A stretch of 64,000 nt of DNA from positions 50,365-114,364 of the forward strand of contig JBHIXH010000001.1 of NCBI GenBank assembly GCA_041984885.1, read 5' to 3'. Shown piece after piece: positions 41,162 through 50,923 of the stretch. The notes beneath the pieces were generated by a model, which had not been told where the DNA came from, ran no database searches, and was given only the letters and a program-made list of their open reading frames with translations. Source of the DNA: Gammaproteobacteria bacterium (lineage in GTDB: Bacteria > Pseudomonadota > Gammaproteobacteria > Eutrophobiales > Eutrophobiaceae). Numbering within the stretch: the stretch's first letter is position 1; each line of letters starts with the position of its first letter. Made by a program: the position numbers and the translations under genes.

Positions 41162-41277
41162 ATAGTAATTAAAACTCCTTAGTACAATAACGGACTTGAT
41201 ATAAACTATATATTATTGTTTTATATGAGTATTAAAAGATAATAAAATTTATGTGTAATTATTAGAAATTAAATAAA

Positions 41278-41329
41278 ACGGACTCTGACTCCGTCAGTAG
41301 AGGTTCGAATCCTCTACCCCCAGCCAATT
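41278..41329 (+). repeat. attR: direct repeat of the 3' 49 nt of tRNA-Gln (+3)
   Basis: ACGGACTCTGACTCCGTCAGTAGAGGTTCGAATCCTCTACCCCCAGCCAATT is identical to 22818-22869. Confidence 0.85.
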
Positions 41330-41553
41330 TAAACGGATTCTCTTAGCTTCACCGCTTTAACCCTGCCTTTCATTTTCTTCTGGGGTAATGATGCTGCGGT
41401 TGAAGTTTTATGATCACAGGCAACCTGATCCATTTCACCACTTAGCGGGTTCCAGAATTTGATTTCACGCTCCTGCTTGATCGTGACCGGCTGAAGTATG
41501 TACTCATCTCGCCGGGCGCTGTCTTTCGTCATCATCTTGTATAAGAAAATCAT
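41329..41553 (-). pseudogene. Duplicated C-terminal fragment of the radical SAM gene at 52272-53627
   Basis: The 74-aa ORF is ~97% identical to the last ~64 aa of the 451-aa radical SAM protein. The underlying DNA, 41327-41520, is ~97% identical to 52270-52470. Confidence 0.7.
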
Positions 41554-41556
41554 AAA

Positions 41557-42750
41557 TTATCCAAACTGTCCGTCTATCCCGGGCCGGAGCCAGATCGGCA
41601 CATACACAATCGCAAACAGCACGAAAGCTATTATCCACAGCATTTGTGATATCAATATCCAGACTGAATAATATTCGATGGTCAGCAGTGGAATAAATAC
41701 ACGAACAACAGCACCCAGTAATAGCAGGACAAATGTAAGGGTAACCAGGGAAGATGGCTTATAAACGTTTCTTCCTGTATGCCCGAGTGTCACACGTGCC
41801 ATCATGCTGGCTGTTACCATACCAATGCCACCATAGGTCATCGCATGTATGGCGATAAATTGAGACACATCAGAGAAAACACTGACCGCAAACAGCAGGA
41901 AGCCGATAACAATGAATAACATGGCCACGTGCAAACTCCAGAGCATCGGCTTTTTCCAGATCCCAGGTGTATACCAGCCAACAAGTCGAATGAAGTAAAT
42001 ACTAAACAATATAATCGCCAAATAACCGGACAATAAACCGGTATGCAAAAACAGTTCGGAAATAAAAAAGAGCAGAAATACCAGCAGACCGACAAGTGTT
42101 ACCCATTTCGGATTGTAAAGAAGGACAGGATAGCCAACACCACGCTCGGTAAAAAAAGGGATCACCCTGCCACCAATTGTTAATACCAGGCCAACAATCA
42201 GATACAAACCTCCATAGAGTCCCCAAAACGTACCTCTTGGCAAATACCCCATTAATCCAAGATAAAAGACAAGATTGGCAATGCCCAGCAATACAAGCTT
42301 TGCGAGAATTCCAAGTTGGTTATAGTGACGCGATTCTATTACAGGAGTTGCGACTGCCACAATCAGGCCTGATATAAATAAAATATCAAGCACACCGGCA
42401 TACACTACGAAGTCTGAACCAGACAGAAATAAAATACGGCTGAATGCCCAAACACTGAATAACACAGCCAGCGGCTTGCCATTTATTGTTTGCTTACCAG
42501 TCCAGTTTTTCACCGCTGTTAACAGAAACCCTGCGACGACAGCGAGACAGTAACCAAAAATCATTTCATGCGCATGCCATTGAAAAGCGGAAAGACTCCC
42601 CATTGGCATGGCGGGATTAAAGGTGTAGATCAGCATCCAGGTCACTACCGAGATGATCGAATAGATTACAGCGCCAAGGAAAAACGGCCTGAATCCAAGA
42701 TCAAACAGTGCAAATCTTTCGTTTTTATTTGCTGATATCAAGTGAGGCAT
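41557..42750 (-). CDS. nnrS: NnrS-family membrane protein (haem-copper, NO-stress associated)
   Basis: ~12-TM protein with an NnrS-like N-terminus (FALFDLGFRPFFLGA...). Confidence 0.75.
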   Translation of the reverse strand: MPHLISANKNERFALFDLGFRPFFLGAVIYSIISVVTWMLIYTFNPAMPMGSLSAFQWHAHEMIFGYCLAVVAGFLLTAVKNWTGKQTINGKPLAVLFSVWAFSRILFLSGSDFVVYAGVLDILFISGLIVAVATPVIESRHYNQLGILAKLVLLGIANLVFYLGLMGYLPRGTFWGLYGGLYLIVGLVLTIGGRVIPFFTERGVGYPVLLYNPKWVTLVGLLVFLLFFISELFLHTGLLSGYLAIILFSIYFIRLVGWYTPGIWKKPMLWSLHVAMLFIVIGFLLFAVSVFSDVSQFIAIHAMTYGGIGMVTASMMARVTLGHTGRNVYKPSSLVTLTFVLLLLGAVVRVFIPLLTIEYYSVWILISQMLWIIAFVLFAIVYVPIWLRPGIDGQFG

Positions 42751-43675
42751 GTTTTAAGTCGTTTCGTTTAGCTTCATATACCTGAAGATGTGACAAGGCA
42801 TACCCCAATAATTTGGTTGATAAATTCTTTTCTGTACCTAGTTTTACTAATTCACCAAATATCTCATTAACCTCTGTCTGCCTGCCTGACTGTATATCTC
42901 TAAGCATCGAAGCTGTATAGTCAGAATTTATGTCGGTTAATAGCTCAGTATATTTCTTCATGGTATTCTCATCAGGTCTATTACGGTACGCTTTCGCAAT
43001 GTCGACGCACTCATGAAATAACTCAAGAATAAATTCTCGTCCGCTTTCAGTTTTCATAATTTCACCTACACTTCCCCTGAAAATGCAGGTTGCACCGGCA
43101 AGTGCCGCCAAAAAAATATATTTTTGCCACATATCGTGCTGGATATGGGTAGAAAATTTGTATTCCAGTTTTGTTTTTGATAACTGATCAAGAAATGACC
43201 GACTTATTGCCTCCTGATCGAAATGTCTGATACCGAATTGAATGCGATGAAACTGGTTCAGGTGTTGTATGTTTCCTGTCCCATCCTGTTCCAGGGCCAG
43301 ATGTACGAGACCACCCATTACAGCTTCCCGAGTAAAAACATCATCCAGAAGCTTTAAGTGAGACACCCCGTTTAATAATGGCAATATGTTTGTTTCTTTA
43401 TCCGCAACCTTTTGAATGTCGTTGACTGCTTGCATTAATGCATAGGATTTACATGCAAGTATTACAACATTGAAACCCGGCAGTAATTCCTTTGATGTAA
43501 TACACTTTGGAGTCAGACACAGATTCCCCAGCTGACTGTAAATATTCAGGCCATTTTCTTCAATGACGTTGCGTTTTTCCTCTCTTACCAGGAACGTAAC
43601 GTCTGCGCCAGACTCGATTAAACGCCCACCGATATAACCTCCAACTGCACCAGCACCAAGGATAAGAATGCGCAT
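42725..43675 (-). CDS. 2-dehydropantoate 2-reductase family (ApbA/PanE-like) NAD(P)-binding oxidoreductase
   Basis: MRILILGAGAVGGYIGGRL Rossmann motif. The family is recognised from the N- and C-terminal domains. Confidence 0.7.
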   Translation of the reverse strand: MRILILGAGAVGGYIGGRLIESGADVTFLVREEKRNVIEENGLNIYSQLGNLCLTPKCITSKELLPGFNVVILACKSYALMQAVNDIQKVADKETNILPLLNGVSHLKLLDDVFTREAVMGGLVHLALEQDGTGNIQHLNQFHRIQFGIRHFDQEAISRSFLDQLSKTKLEYKFSTHIQHDMWQKYIFLAALAGATCIFRGSVGEIMKTESGREFILELFHECVDIAKAYRNRPDENTMKKYTELLTDINSDYTASMLRDIQSGRQTEVNEIFGELVKLGTEKNLSTKLLGYALSHLQVYEAKRNDLKHASLDISK

Positions 43676-43677
43676 GC

Positions 43678-44280
43678 TTATACCGTAATAATTCTATCCA
43701 TCGGGATGTCATGTGATTGCGGATAGATTGTATCCAGGCGCGATGTGACCAGGCCCAACCCGATTGCATGCGGGCGATGACCAAGGTGTGCAATGGTTCG
43801 ATCATAGTAACCACCCCCATAGCCGAGTCGGTACTGGCTGTCGTCGAACCCAACCAGCGGCACCAGTAATACAGATGGTTCCACAGTCGTCTTGTCTACC
43901 GGCACCGGGATGTTCCAGATGCCGGGTTTCAGTTTTGACGACGGTGTCCATGGTCGAAACTCCATCGGTGCGCCGGCGCTGGCGACAACCGGTAGTGCAG
44001 CGGCCCAGCCATTATCGAGCTGTTGCCTGACAAGGTCACGCAGATCGAACTCACCTTTAATTGGCCAGTAGAAACCAATAATGCCCGGCTCCATCAGCGA
44101 TAGAACTTCCTGCAGCACGACATATAATTCCTCTGTTTTGTTTTTTCTTTCCTTTCTGCCAATCTTGATTCTTGTGCCTATCTGCAATTCACGCTGCACT
44201 TTTCTCCAGTGTCGTATGGATTGCCAGTCACCTGGCTCTACTGCAGGGATTTCCGGAATTTCTTTATCAGCACTCATCAT
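43678..44280 (-). CDS. 5-formyltetrahydrofolate cyclo-ligase family protein
   Basis: GFDDSQYRLGYGGGYYDR is the MTHFS signature region. Confidence 0.7.
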   Translation of the reverse strand: MMSADKEIPEIPAVEPGDWQSIRHWRKVQRELQIGTRIKIGRKERKNKTEELYVVLQEVLSLMEPGIIGFYWPIKGEFDLRDLVRQQLDNGWAAALPVVASAGAPMEFRPWTPSSKLKPGIWNIPVPVDKTTVEPSVLLVPLVGFDDSQYRLGYGGGYYDRTIAHLGHRPHAIGLGLVTSRLDTIYPQSHDIPMDRIITV

Positions 44281-45821
44281 ACATGTGCACTCTTGTTGGC
44301 CATCTTGATATTCGCGACATGGTTGATGAGCATGTCATTCAAGTCTTCCTGCAGGGCTGTATTACTGTTGGTTATAGCCAACTGTTTTATTTTTTTTACT
44401 ACCCAGGCCTGTCCCTTGTTCAAAAAACCAATTCGCTCCTCAAGGTCTCTTATCTTGATCGCTTTTTCATAGAAATTACCGACACGGCGCGATGGCGTCT
44501 GCCCCATGCGATATAACCACGTTGCCAGCATTTCACACCAGCGTACTTCATCCTGGTAAATGGACTGGAAAACTTCCCGGTATTTAGTATCCCTGCAATC
44601 AAGCATGGAGCGGATGGTGACGCGGGCACCGGCACGTTCTGCAGCCAGCAATTCCTTAAGTACCGGAATGATCTCGTGGCTGGCCGGCATAACTTCACTG
44701 GCGGTTTGACCCTGGAAGCACGGCGAGGAATACATTTCGATATCATCGCCACACCATGAACCCGTGTCATTCGTGCCGGTAAAAAGTCTCTGCTTTGCCT
44801 CGGTGACCATTCTGTTCAAAATAGTAGCCGCAGGCTCGATTCGATTTACCCGGTAGGCGCCGCAACCGGCATAAATGGGCATGGCTTCCAGGTCACCGAC
44901 CGTGTTCCTGAGTGGAGAATCGGTGCTGCGCAGGTATACCGGTCGCTGTCCTTCCTTGCCAATCACGACGCGGGGCTGACTGTCTACCTGTACATTCATT
45001 GTTGCTTCACGGGTAACGCTGTTCGGAATCACTCGCGTTTGTGCACCGTGCGGCCAGTTAATATGAAATAAACCGGTCAGGATTGTTTCATCCTGCTTAA
45101 GGTTAATAATCTTTCGCTTGTGGTAGTCATTAGCAAACGATTCTTTCGAGGCGAGAAAAGCCGTACCGACGACAACTCCATCAGCACCTCTTTGCAGTTG
45201 GTCGGCAAGATCACGGCCATCAACAATGCCACCGGCGGCGAGAACCGGAACCTCTGCGATACGCAATACACGCGGTAACAGTTCCTTTACCGACAAAGAG
45301 CCACGCACGTGACCACCTGCCTCAACGCCTTGTGCTATCAACATATGGGCACCTGCTGTCAATGCTGCGTCGGCGTCCTGTTCAGTCCCGACCTGGTGTA
45401 CGACCAGGATGCCCGCATCCCTGAGAGTTTTAATTACATCGGGATAGATGTCCCAGAACAGGCAGACCGAGGCTACCTGTTCCTTGATAAGCATGTGGAC
45501 TTGTTGTAGTAGCAGCTGCTGGTCTGTTGCCGCAGGGATAATATTCACACCAAATTCAGCATCGGTGTTTGCCTTGACCTTTTGAATCTCAGAGCGGATA
45601 AGCTCCGGCGTTTCGCGCACCATACCCAGGAACCCGTAACCGCCGGCCTCAATGACTGCAGTAACCAGTTCCGAACGGGAAACACCTCCCATACCCGCCA
45701 GCACGATCGGGTACTGGCAACCAAGCAGGTCACAGGCCATGGTATGCAAGCCGGACTTGATTTTATTTTTCATGAAATTGCGCCCTCGCCATTCAGGATT
45801 GCTGTTGTCCGACATAGTCAC
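44277..45821 (-). CDS. Nitronate monooxygenase (NMO/2-nitropropane dioxygenase-like FMN enzyme) with ~180-aa C-terminal extension
   Basis: NMO motifs are present (YPIVLAGMGGVS; AQGVEAGGH; VLAAGGI). An additional C-terminal domain of unknown function follows (…EVRWCEMLATWLYRMG…). The start may be an internal Met at 45773. Confidence 0.65.
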   Translation of the reverse strand: MTMSDNSNPEWRGRNFMKNKIKSGLHTMACDLLGCQYPIVLAGMGGVSRSELVTAVIEAGGYGFLGMVRETPELIRSEIQKVKANTDAEFGVNIIPAATDQQLLLQQVHMLIKEQVASVCLFWDIYPDVIKTLRDAGILVVHQVGTEQDADAALTAGAHMLIAQGVEAGGHVRGSLSVKELLPRVLRIAEVPVLAAGGIVDGRDLADQLQRGADGVVVGTAFLASKESFANDYHKRKIINLKQDETILTGLFHINWPHGAQTRVIPNSVTREATMNVQVDSQPRVVIGKEGQRPVYLRSTDSPLRNTVGDLEAMPIYAGCGAYRVNRIEPAATILNRMVTEAKQRLFTGTNDTGSWCGDDIEMYSSPCFQGQTASEVMPASHEIIPVLKELLAAERAGARVTIRSMLDCRDTKYREVFQSIYQDEVRWCEMLATWLYRMGQTPSRRVGNFYEKAIKIRDLEERIGFLNKGQAWVVKKIKQLAITNSNTALQEDLNDMLINHVANIKMANKSAHV

Positions 45822-46146
45822 TGATCACCCTGGCGTGATTGCACTTCCGGTCACGGGCAGCATAGACCAGAGTCACGTTACCCAAGCCCGTAAGTTCGAG
45901 TAAACGACTCATCGCTGCCGTATTTTGTTCGAGCTCACGGGTATACTGTTCATGAAACTTGTCCCACCGTTCCGGTTTATGGCCAAACCAGGTGCGCAGG
46001 TCATTACTGGGAGCAATCTCTTTCAACCACAGGTCTATCTTTGCATCTGTCTTGCGGATACCGCGCGGCCACAACCTGTCTACTAAAACGCGCATGCCAT
46101 CAGATTCATCAGCACTGTCATAGATACGTTTTATCCTGATGTTCAT
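45793..46146 (-). CDS. DUF488 family protein (YeaO-like)
   Basis: RIYD...DGMRVLVDRLWPRG...LWLKEIAPS..LRTWF pattern. Confidence 0.7.
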   Translation of the reverse strand: MNIRIKRIYDSADESDGMRVLVDRLWPRGIRKTDAKIDLWLKEIAPSNDLRTWFGHKPERWDKFHEQYTRELEQNTAAMSRLLELTGLGNVTLVYAARDRKCNHARVISDYVGQQQS

Positions 46147-46158
46147 AATAGACAGTCG

Positions 46159-46539
46159 TTACCAATGCCAGACCTGGTCATAACGCTCGAACAGGGAAGG
46201 TAATTGGTCGCGCCTGACGTACCTGATTCCACCGATGTGTTCGCGCTGGCTCAACCCCCTGCTTTTCAGGTCTTCCTGCAAGACAAATATTTCCACCCCC
46301 TTGTCGGCGAGCTTGATTAGGCCGCCCTCGATATCCGTTGGCTGCGTCTGCTTCCAGGTGCCGAATTGCAACAGCGGAGGTTGCTGCTGGACCAGGACAT
46401 AATTAACGGCATTGCCGGTAAGCAACACGGAGATGTCCGCCTCGATGCCACGCATGGCATGGGTAAGCCAGATAATTGTATCGTCCTGCTCTTCCAACGT
46501 GCCGCGATAGGCCGTTTCTACTACCTGTAAAGCGCGCAT
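46159..46539 (-). CDS. DsrE/DsrF/DsrH (TusBCD)-like small protein, third gene of triplet
   Basis: 126 aa. Size, position and composition are consistent with the third (DsrH/TusB-like) member. Assignment is tentative. Confidence 0.4.
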   Translation of the reverse strand: MRALQVVETAYRGTLEEQDDTIIWLTHAMRGIEADISVLLTGNAVNYVLVQQQPPLLQFGTWKQTQPTDIEGGLIKLADKGVEIFVLQEDLKSRGLSQREHIGGIRYVRRDQLPSLFERYDQVWHW

Positions 46540-46541
46540 GG

Positions 46542-46997
46542 TTATCTCGTTCCTATTACCAGCGAGTTAACCGATGCTGATGCCAGTTTCCAGAAATCGG
46601 CCGGCGAACCGCGTCTGACACCAGGCACGGTCTCATCGATACCTCTCTCGTCGGCACACAATCCGCAGTTCACCCACTCAATCTGTCCATTGTTCTGCCT
46701 GGCAAGTTGTAGTAATTCACTCACCCATTCTTTAGGAAGCGGGTGGTTCTCTTCCTCCCGCGTGGTGCCATGAACTGCGTTCGCATGCGGTTTTTGCTTG
46801 TTAAAAGAGAGGTGCACGCCACCTTCGTAGGCAAACACGTTGATGTGGTATCCGCGTGCTGCGGCAACGTGGAGGAGTCTGAAAAACGAGGTGGTACGTG
46901 CACTCTCGAAAGGCGGGTCCATTATTGCAAAGGTCAATGTGGTTTGTTTATTCATCACCACTAGTGCCATATTGTTTTTGTGCCTTCTGCAAGGCAA
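46542..46997 (-). CDS. DsrE/DsrF-like family protein, second gene of triplet
   Basis: About 140 aa if started at the Met at 46970 (MALVVMNK...). DsrE-like alpha/beta pattern with conserved Cys (NCGLC). Confidence 0.5.
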   Translation of the reverse strand: MPCRRHKNNMALVVMNKQTTLTFAIMDPPFESARTTSFFRLLHVAAARGYHINVFAYEGGVHLSFNKQKPHANAVHGTTREEENHPLPKEWVSELLQLARQNNGQIEWVNCGLCADERGIDETVPGVRRGSPADFWKLASASVNSLVIGTR

Positions 46998-47287
46998 TCA
47001 ATAATTTTATCTATCGCAGATAGACGTATATTTTTTTTCAGATCAACTTTCCCGATGGCACGCTCTTTTGCAGAAAAGTCATCTACTTCAATGTGTATGC
47101 CCTGCCGTATTAACGTCGCAAACGTACGGTTAATAGAACTTTTACGCGCAGGAAACACACCATTCTGTATCAAAAACAGCCTGACCGAGTGGCCGCCGTT
47201 TTTCAGGTTGATTGCAAGGCGATAAAAGTTTTCTGTCTCCCTGCATTCGAATGGATCTCTTGATGAGATCAGCATGTATCGACTCAA
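46961..47287 (-). CDS. DsrE/DsrF-like family protein, first gene of triplet
   Basis: 108 aa. N-terminal MLISSRDPF...LAINLKNGGHSVRLFLIQNGV resembles DsrE/TusD-like proteins. Overlaps the cysI stop by 4 nt. Confidence 0.5.
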   Translation of the reverse strand: MSRYMLISSRDPFECRETENFYRLAINLKNGGHSVRLFLIQNGVFPARKSSINRTFATLIRQGIHIEVDDFSAKERAIGKVDLKKNIRLSAIDKIIDCLAEGTKTIWH

Positions 47288-49041
47288 TGGTTTTCTCCCT
47301 TTTGCCTGTTCTTGAAATCGGGACCGCTGGTGACCGCCTCAACGTATCCCTGTCGTATGACGTAATCTCCAAACGCTTCATTTTCGAATCGTTCGTTTGC
47401 GTAGTTCACAATTATTGTTTCCAACTCGTTTAATATTTGTTCCTCCCCGATGTTTTCACGGTAGAGTCGCGACAGTCTTGTCCCGTTACACGCTCCACCC
47501 AGGTACAGGTTGTATTTACCCGGCGCTCTGCCGGTTAACCCGATTTCTGACAGGTACGGCCTCGAACAACTATTGGGACAACCACTCATACGGAGCGTAA
47601 TCGCCTGCTCAGCCAGGCCGTAATGCTTGAGCATCGCTTCGATTTTCGTGATGAGTACCGGCAGGTACCGTTCACTCTCGGCCATCGCCAGGCCACAGGT
47701 GGGAAACGCTACGCAGGCAATAGCATGTTGTCTGACCGGGCCCTGCTTCAGTCCATTATCGAGACGATACTTTTCCAGTATTTCCTCAATCTGCTGTTTT
47801 TGTTCTGCATGAACGCCGGCAATCATCATGTTTTGATTGGGTGTCAGTCGAAATTCACCGCTATGCACCGATGCCAGTTCGTGCAGGCCGGACATTAACC
47901 CGACACCGTCATGGTCCTTGATTCGTCCGTTTTCTACGAACAGCGTACAGTGCAGCCTGTTATCCTCGGCTTCTTGCCAGCCAGGCGTATCCGTGTTCTT
48001 TTCAAAATTAAAAGGTTTTGATTGCGCAAGGGTGATGCCCGTTCTGGCTTCCAGTTCAGACTTGAACCAGGCCAGACCATTATTTTGAATGGTGTATTTA
48101 AAACGCGCCTGTGCCCTGTCGACGCGATCACCATAGTCGCGTTGAATAGTCAGTGTTTCCCTCACCATGTCGAAGATCGCGCCTTTCTCGATATAACCCA
48201 GGACGTCGGCCAGCCTGGGATAGGTGGTCGGTACGCTATCGGTGTGACCCATACCACCACCAACGCAGACATTAAATCCACACAAGCGGTTGTTGCTCTG
48301 TATTGCGATAAATCCCAGGTCTTGTGAGAAAACGTCGATATCGTTTACCGGTGGCACCACGATTCCAATCTTGAATTTACGTGGCAGGTAAGTCGGACCG
48401 TACACTGGCTCTTCTTCCCCCGCCGTGTGTCCCGGCTCATCCAGCCAGGTCTCCGGGTAGGCACCTGTTTTCGGAATAAACTCGTTACTTATCTGCCTTG
48501 CAGTTGTATAAACTTCAGTGTGCAATCCGGACATGGCCGGGTTAACCGCACACATGACGCCCCTGGTATCGTCACCACACGCAGCAATGGTATCCAGGCC
48601 GACAGTCTGCAAGGACTGGATCACCGGTTTTAGATCCTGTTTCGGGACCTTGTGCAATTGAAAGGTCTGCCTGGTAGTAATACGTAATGCGTCGTCTGCA
48701 TGTCGTCCGGCAATCTCCATCAGTGCCAGTAACTGCCTTGCAGTGCATACGCCACCGGGTAACCGGATCCTGACCATGAACGTGTATTCAGGTTCCAGTT
48801 TCTGGTGTCGGCGCTCGTCGCGAATATCCCTGTCGTCCTGCTGATACATACCATGGAACTTGAGCAGTTTCGCATCTGTGTCCTTTACCGCGGCGGTTAC
48901 CGGGTCATGCAGACTCTCGGTAATGGAACCACGAAGATAGTTGCTCTGTTGCTTAAGCAATTCATCCGGGCTTAACTCACCGATTGGTCGGGATATATCC
49001 CTGCTACGGGCAGGCTTGTTGCTTTGGGAATTGGTCGTCAT
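47284..49041 (-). CDS. cysI: Sulfite reductase [NADPH] hemoprotein beta subunit
   Basis: 585 aa with a canonical CysI N-terminus (ESLHDPVT...LKFHGMYQQDDRDIR). Siroheme/4Fe-4S Cys motifs (CGDDTRG...; SGCPNSCS). Confidence 0.9.
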   Translation of the reverse strand: MTTNSQSNKPARSRDISRPIGELSPDELLKQQSNYLRGSITESLHDPVTAAVKDTDAKLLKFHGMYQQDDRDIRDERRHQKLEPEYTFMVRIRLPGGVCTARQLLALMEIAGRHADDALRITTRQTFQLHKVPKQDLKPVIQSLQTVGLDTIAACGDDTRGVMCAVNPAMSGLHTEVYTTARQISNEFIPKTGAYPETWLDEPGHTAGEEEPVYGPTYLPRKFKIGIVVPPVNDIDVFSQDLGFIAIQSNNRLCGFNVCVGGGMGHTDSVPTTYPRLADVLGYIEKGAIFDMVRETLTIQRDYGDRVDRAQARFKYTIQNNGLAWFKSELEARTGITLAQSKPFNFEKNTDTPGWQEAEDNRLHCTLFVENGRIKDHDGVGLMSGLHELASVHSGEFRLTPNQNMMIAGVHAEQKQQIEEILEKYRLDNGLKQGPVRQHAIACVAFPTCGLAMAESERYLPVLITKIEAMLKHYGLAEQAITLRMSGCPNSCSRPYLSEIGLTGRAPGKYNLYLGGACNGTRLSRLYRENIGEEQILNELETIIVNYANERFENEAFGDYVIRQGYVEAVTSGPDFKNRQKGENH

Positions 49042-49044
49042 GTC

Positions 49045-50907
49045 TCAGTACACATCCTTTTGATAGCGTTTCTGCCGGGACAATAATTTCAGGTATTCAG
49101 TTGCCTTTTCTTCGCTCAAGTCCGCCTCGTTGCTGATGATCTTTACCAGGGCCTGGTTGACATCCTTCGCCATGTGACTGGCATCACCACAGACATAAAT
49201 ACAGGCACCTTCCTGTAGCCAGTGGTAGATATCGCGGCCGTTTTCCAACAGCCGATGTTGGACATAGATCTTCTGTTTGCTATCACGGGAAAATGCGAGA
49301 CTGATACGGTGCAGGAAACCCATGCGTAACCATTGTTGCCACTCAACCTGGTACAGGAAATCTGATCGAAAGTTTCGCTCACCGAAAATGAGCCAGGATG
49401 GTCCGTGTTTCACACCAGTAGCCTCACGCTGCTGCAAAAAAGCACGATAAGGTGCGATACCGGTACCGGCCCCTATCATGATGATCGGGGTGGATGCATC
49501 CTCGGGGAGTCGAAAGTTATTATTGTTTTGAATATAAACTGCGGCCTGCTGCCCTTGCTCCAGTCCGCCACACAGGTAGGACGACGCTGCACCGAATCGC
49601 TGGCTGCCGTTTAACTCGTATTTGAGCCTTGCAACCGTGATATGAACCTCGTCCGCCACCATCTCCTGGCTGGATGCAATCGAGTACATTCTCGGTTGTA
49701 TCTTCCTCAGGCCGTTTACCAGTATCTCTGGCTGTATGTCAGCGACAGGATATTGCCGGATTACATCCAGGACGTGGTTTCTTGATGCAAACTCGAAGAA
49801 TTGCGCGCGCTTGTGCGGCAGGGACAGATCTTTCAGTAGTTCTGCCTTGCACAGTGAATACCATGTCTGCAGAAATTCCGGTGTCAGGATCGACAGTTCA
49901 TGGTCATGGGTCAGGCTATCTGCAATTGTCTTACCGTTGTCGGCCAGAGGTTGCGTGCCGTTAAATTTTAACTCGGTCAATATTTTATTGACCAGTCGCA
50001 CGTTATTAACAGGACGAACACCCAGCGCATCACCGGGCTTGTAGTTCAGGCCACTGCCGTCAAGTGAGAATTCGACATGCGCAACATGCTTCGTGGAGTG
50101 ACGGCCGGTAATCCTGATAATATCCAGAACCTCGGCTTCGAACGGTCGTCGCTTGTCATGAACCTTGTCTTTATCCCGCGAAACCTGTCCGGGTTCTGAA
50201 ACCTGTATGACAGGTGCGCTGATCCTGACAGCAGACGCAAACAGTTCCTTCAATCCTGACTTTATCGAGGCAAACCATTGTTCCGCTTGTTCATCATAGT
50301 CAACATCACAATCCAGCCTGGCTGCGACAGGTTTGCCACCTAGTTCACTAAAACGCCTGTCGAGTGTTTTTGCCGCCTCGCAAAAAAACTCGTAAGACGT
50401 ATCACCGAGACCCAGCACGGCATAGTGCAGGTGACCAAGAGCGGGTGCCTTGCGGCCTTCAAGTTCTTCAAAGAAGCCCCTCGCGGGTTCTGGCGGATCA
50501 CCATCGCCGTGTGTGCTGGTTATAGCGATAACACAGTGTTCCTGTTTCAGTTGTTGTACCTTGTAATCTTCAAGGTTATTGCAATTAACGGTATGACCTG
50601 CATCCCGCAATATCTCCGCCAGTTCTTCCGCCAGTTCTTCCGAGTTACCCGTTTCTGTTCCGTATAAAACTCGGATTGGCGGAGGCGCCTGTTGCACCAC
50701 TGCCTTATGTTTATCCGACATGCCCGCAACAGGCGTACTCTCCAACGCCGTTGCCCTGCAACGGGCCCAGCCGGCAAAGTAACCGCTGATCCACAGTGCT
50801 TCATCCGGTGACGTTTGCCTTGCCAACGTTTCAACCTGCTCGAGGATGTCATCCGCCAACACTGTCGCGGACAGATTGGCTACCGGCGTATCCATTACAG
50901 CGCCCAT
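49045..50907 (-). CDS. cysJ: Sulfite reductase [NADPH] flavoprotein alpha subunit
   Basis: Flavodoxin-like FMN domain, then FAD/NADPH domains (RMYSIASS...; IMIGAGTGIAPYRAF). 620 aa. Confidence 0.9.
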   Translation of the reverse strand: MGAVMDTPVANLSATVLADDILEQVETLARQTSPDEALWISGYFAGWARCRATALESTPVAGMSDKHKAVVQQAPPPIRVLYGTETGNSEELAEELAEILRDAGHTVNCNNLEDYKVQQLKQEHCVIAITSTHGDGDPPEPARGFFEELEGRKAPALGHLHYAVLGLGDTSYEFFCEAAKTLDRRFSELGGKPVAARLDCDVDYDEQAEQWFASIKSGLKELFASAVRISAPVIQVSEPGQVSRDKDKVHDKRRPFEAEVLDIIRITGRHSTKHVAHVEFSLDGSGLNYKPGDALGVRPVNNVRLVNKILTELKFNGTQPLADNGKTIADSLTHDHELSILTPEFLQTWYSLCKAELLKDLSLPHKRAQFFEFASRNHVLDVIRQYPVADIQPEILVNGLRKIQPRMYSIASSQEMVADEVHITVARLKYELNGSQRFGAASSYLCGGLEQGQQAAVYIQNNNNFRLPEDASTPIIMIGAGTGIAPYRAFLQQREATGVKHGPSWLIFGERNFRSDFLYQVEWQQWLRMGFLHRISLAFSRDSKQKIYVQHRLLENGRDIYHWLQEGACIYVCGDASHMAKDVNQALVKIISNEADLSEEKATEYLKLLSRQKRYQKDVY

Positions 50908-50923
50908 GCGAAGACAGCTTGCA

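Larger units (their letters stand above)
22867..41329. mobile_element. Integrative genomic island (P4-like integrase type) inserted at the tRNA-Gln 3' end; heavy-metal efflux cargo
   Basis: A 49-52 bp direct repeat of the tRNA 3' half (22818-22869 = 41278-41329) bounds the element. It is AT-rich with K/N/I-rich proteins. The right end carries a tyrosine integrase, AlpA-like and primase-like genes. Confidence 0.75.
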
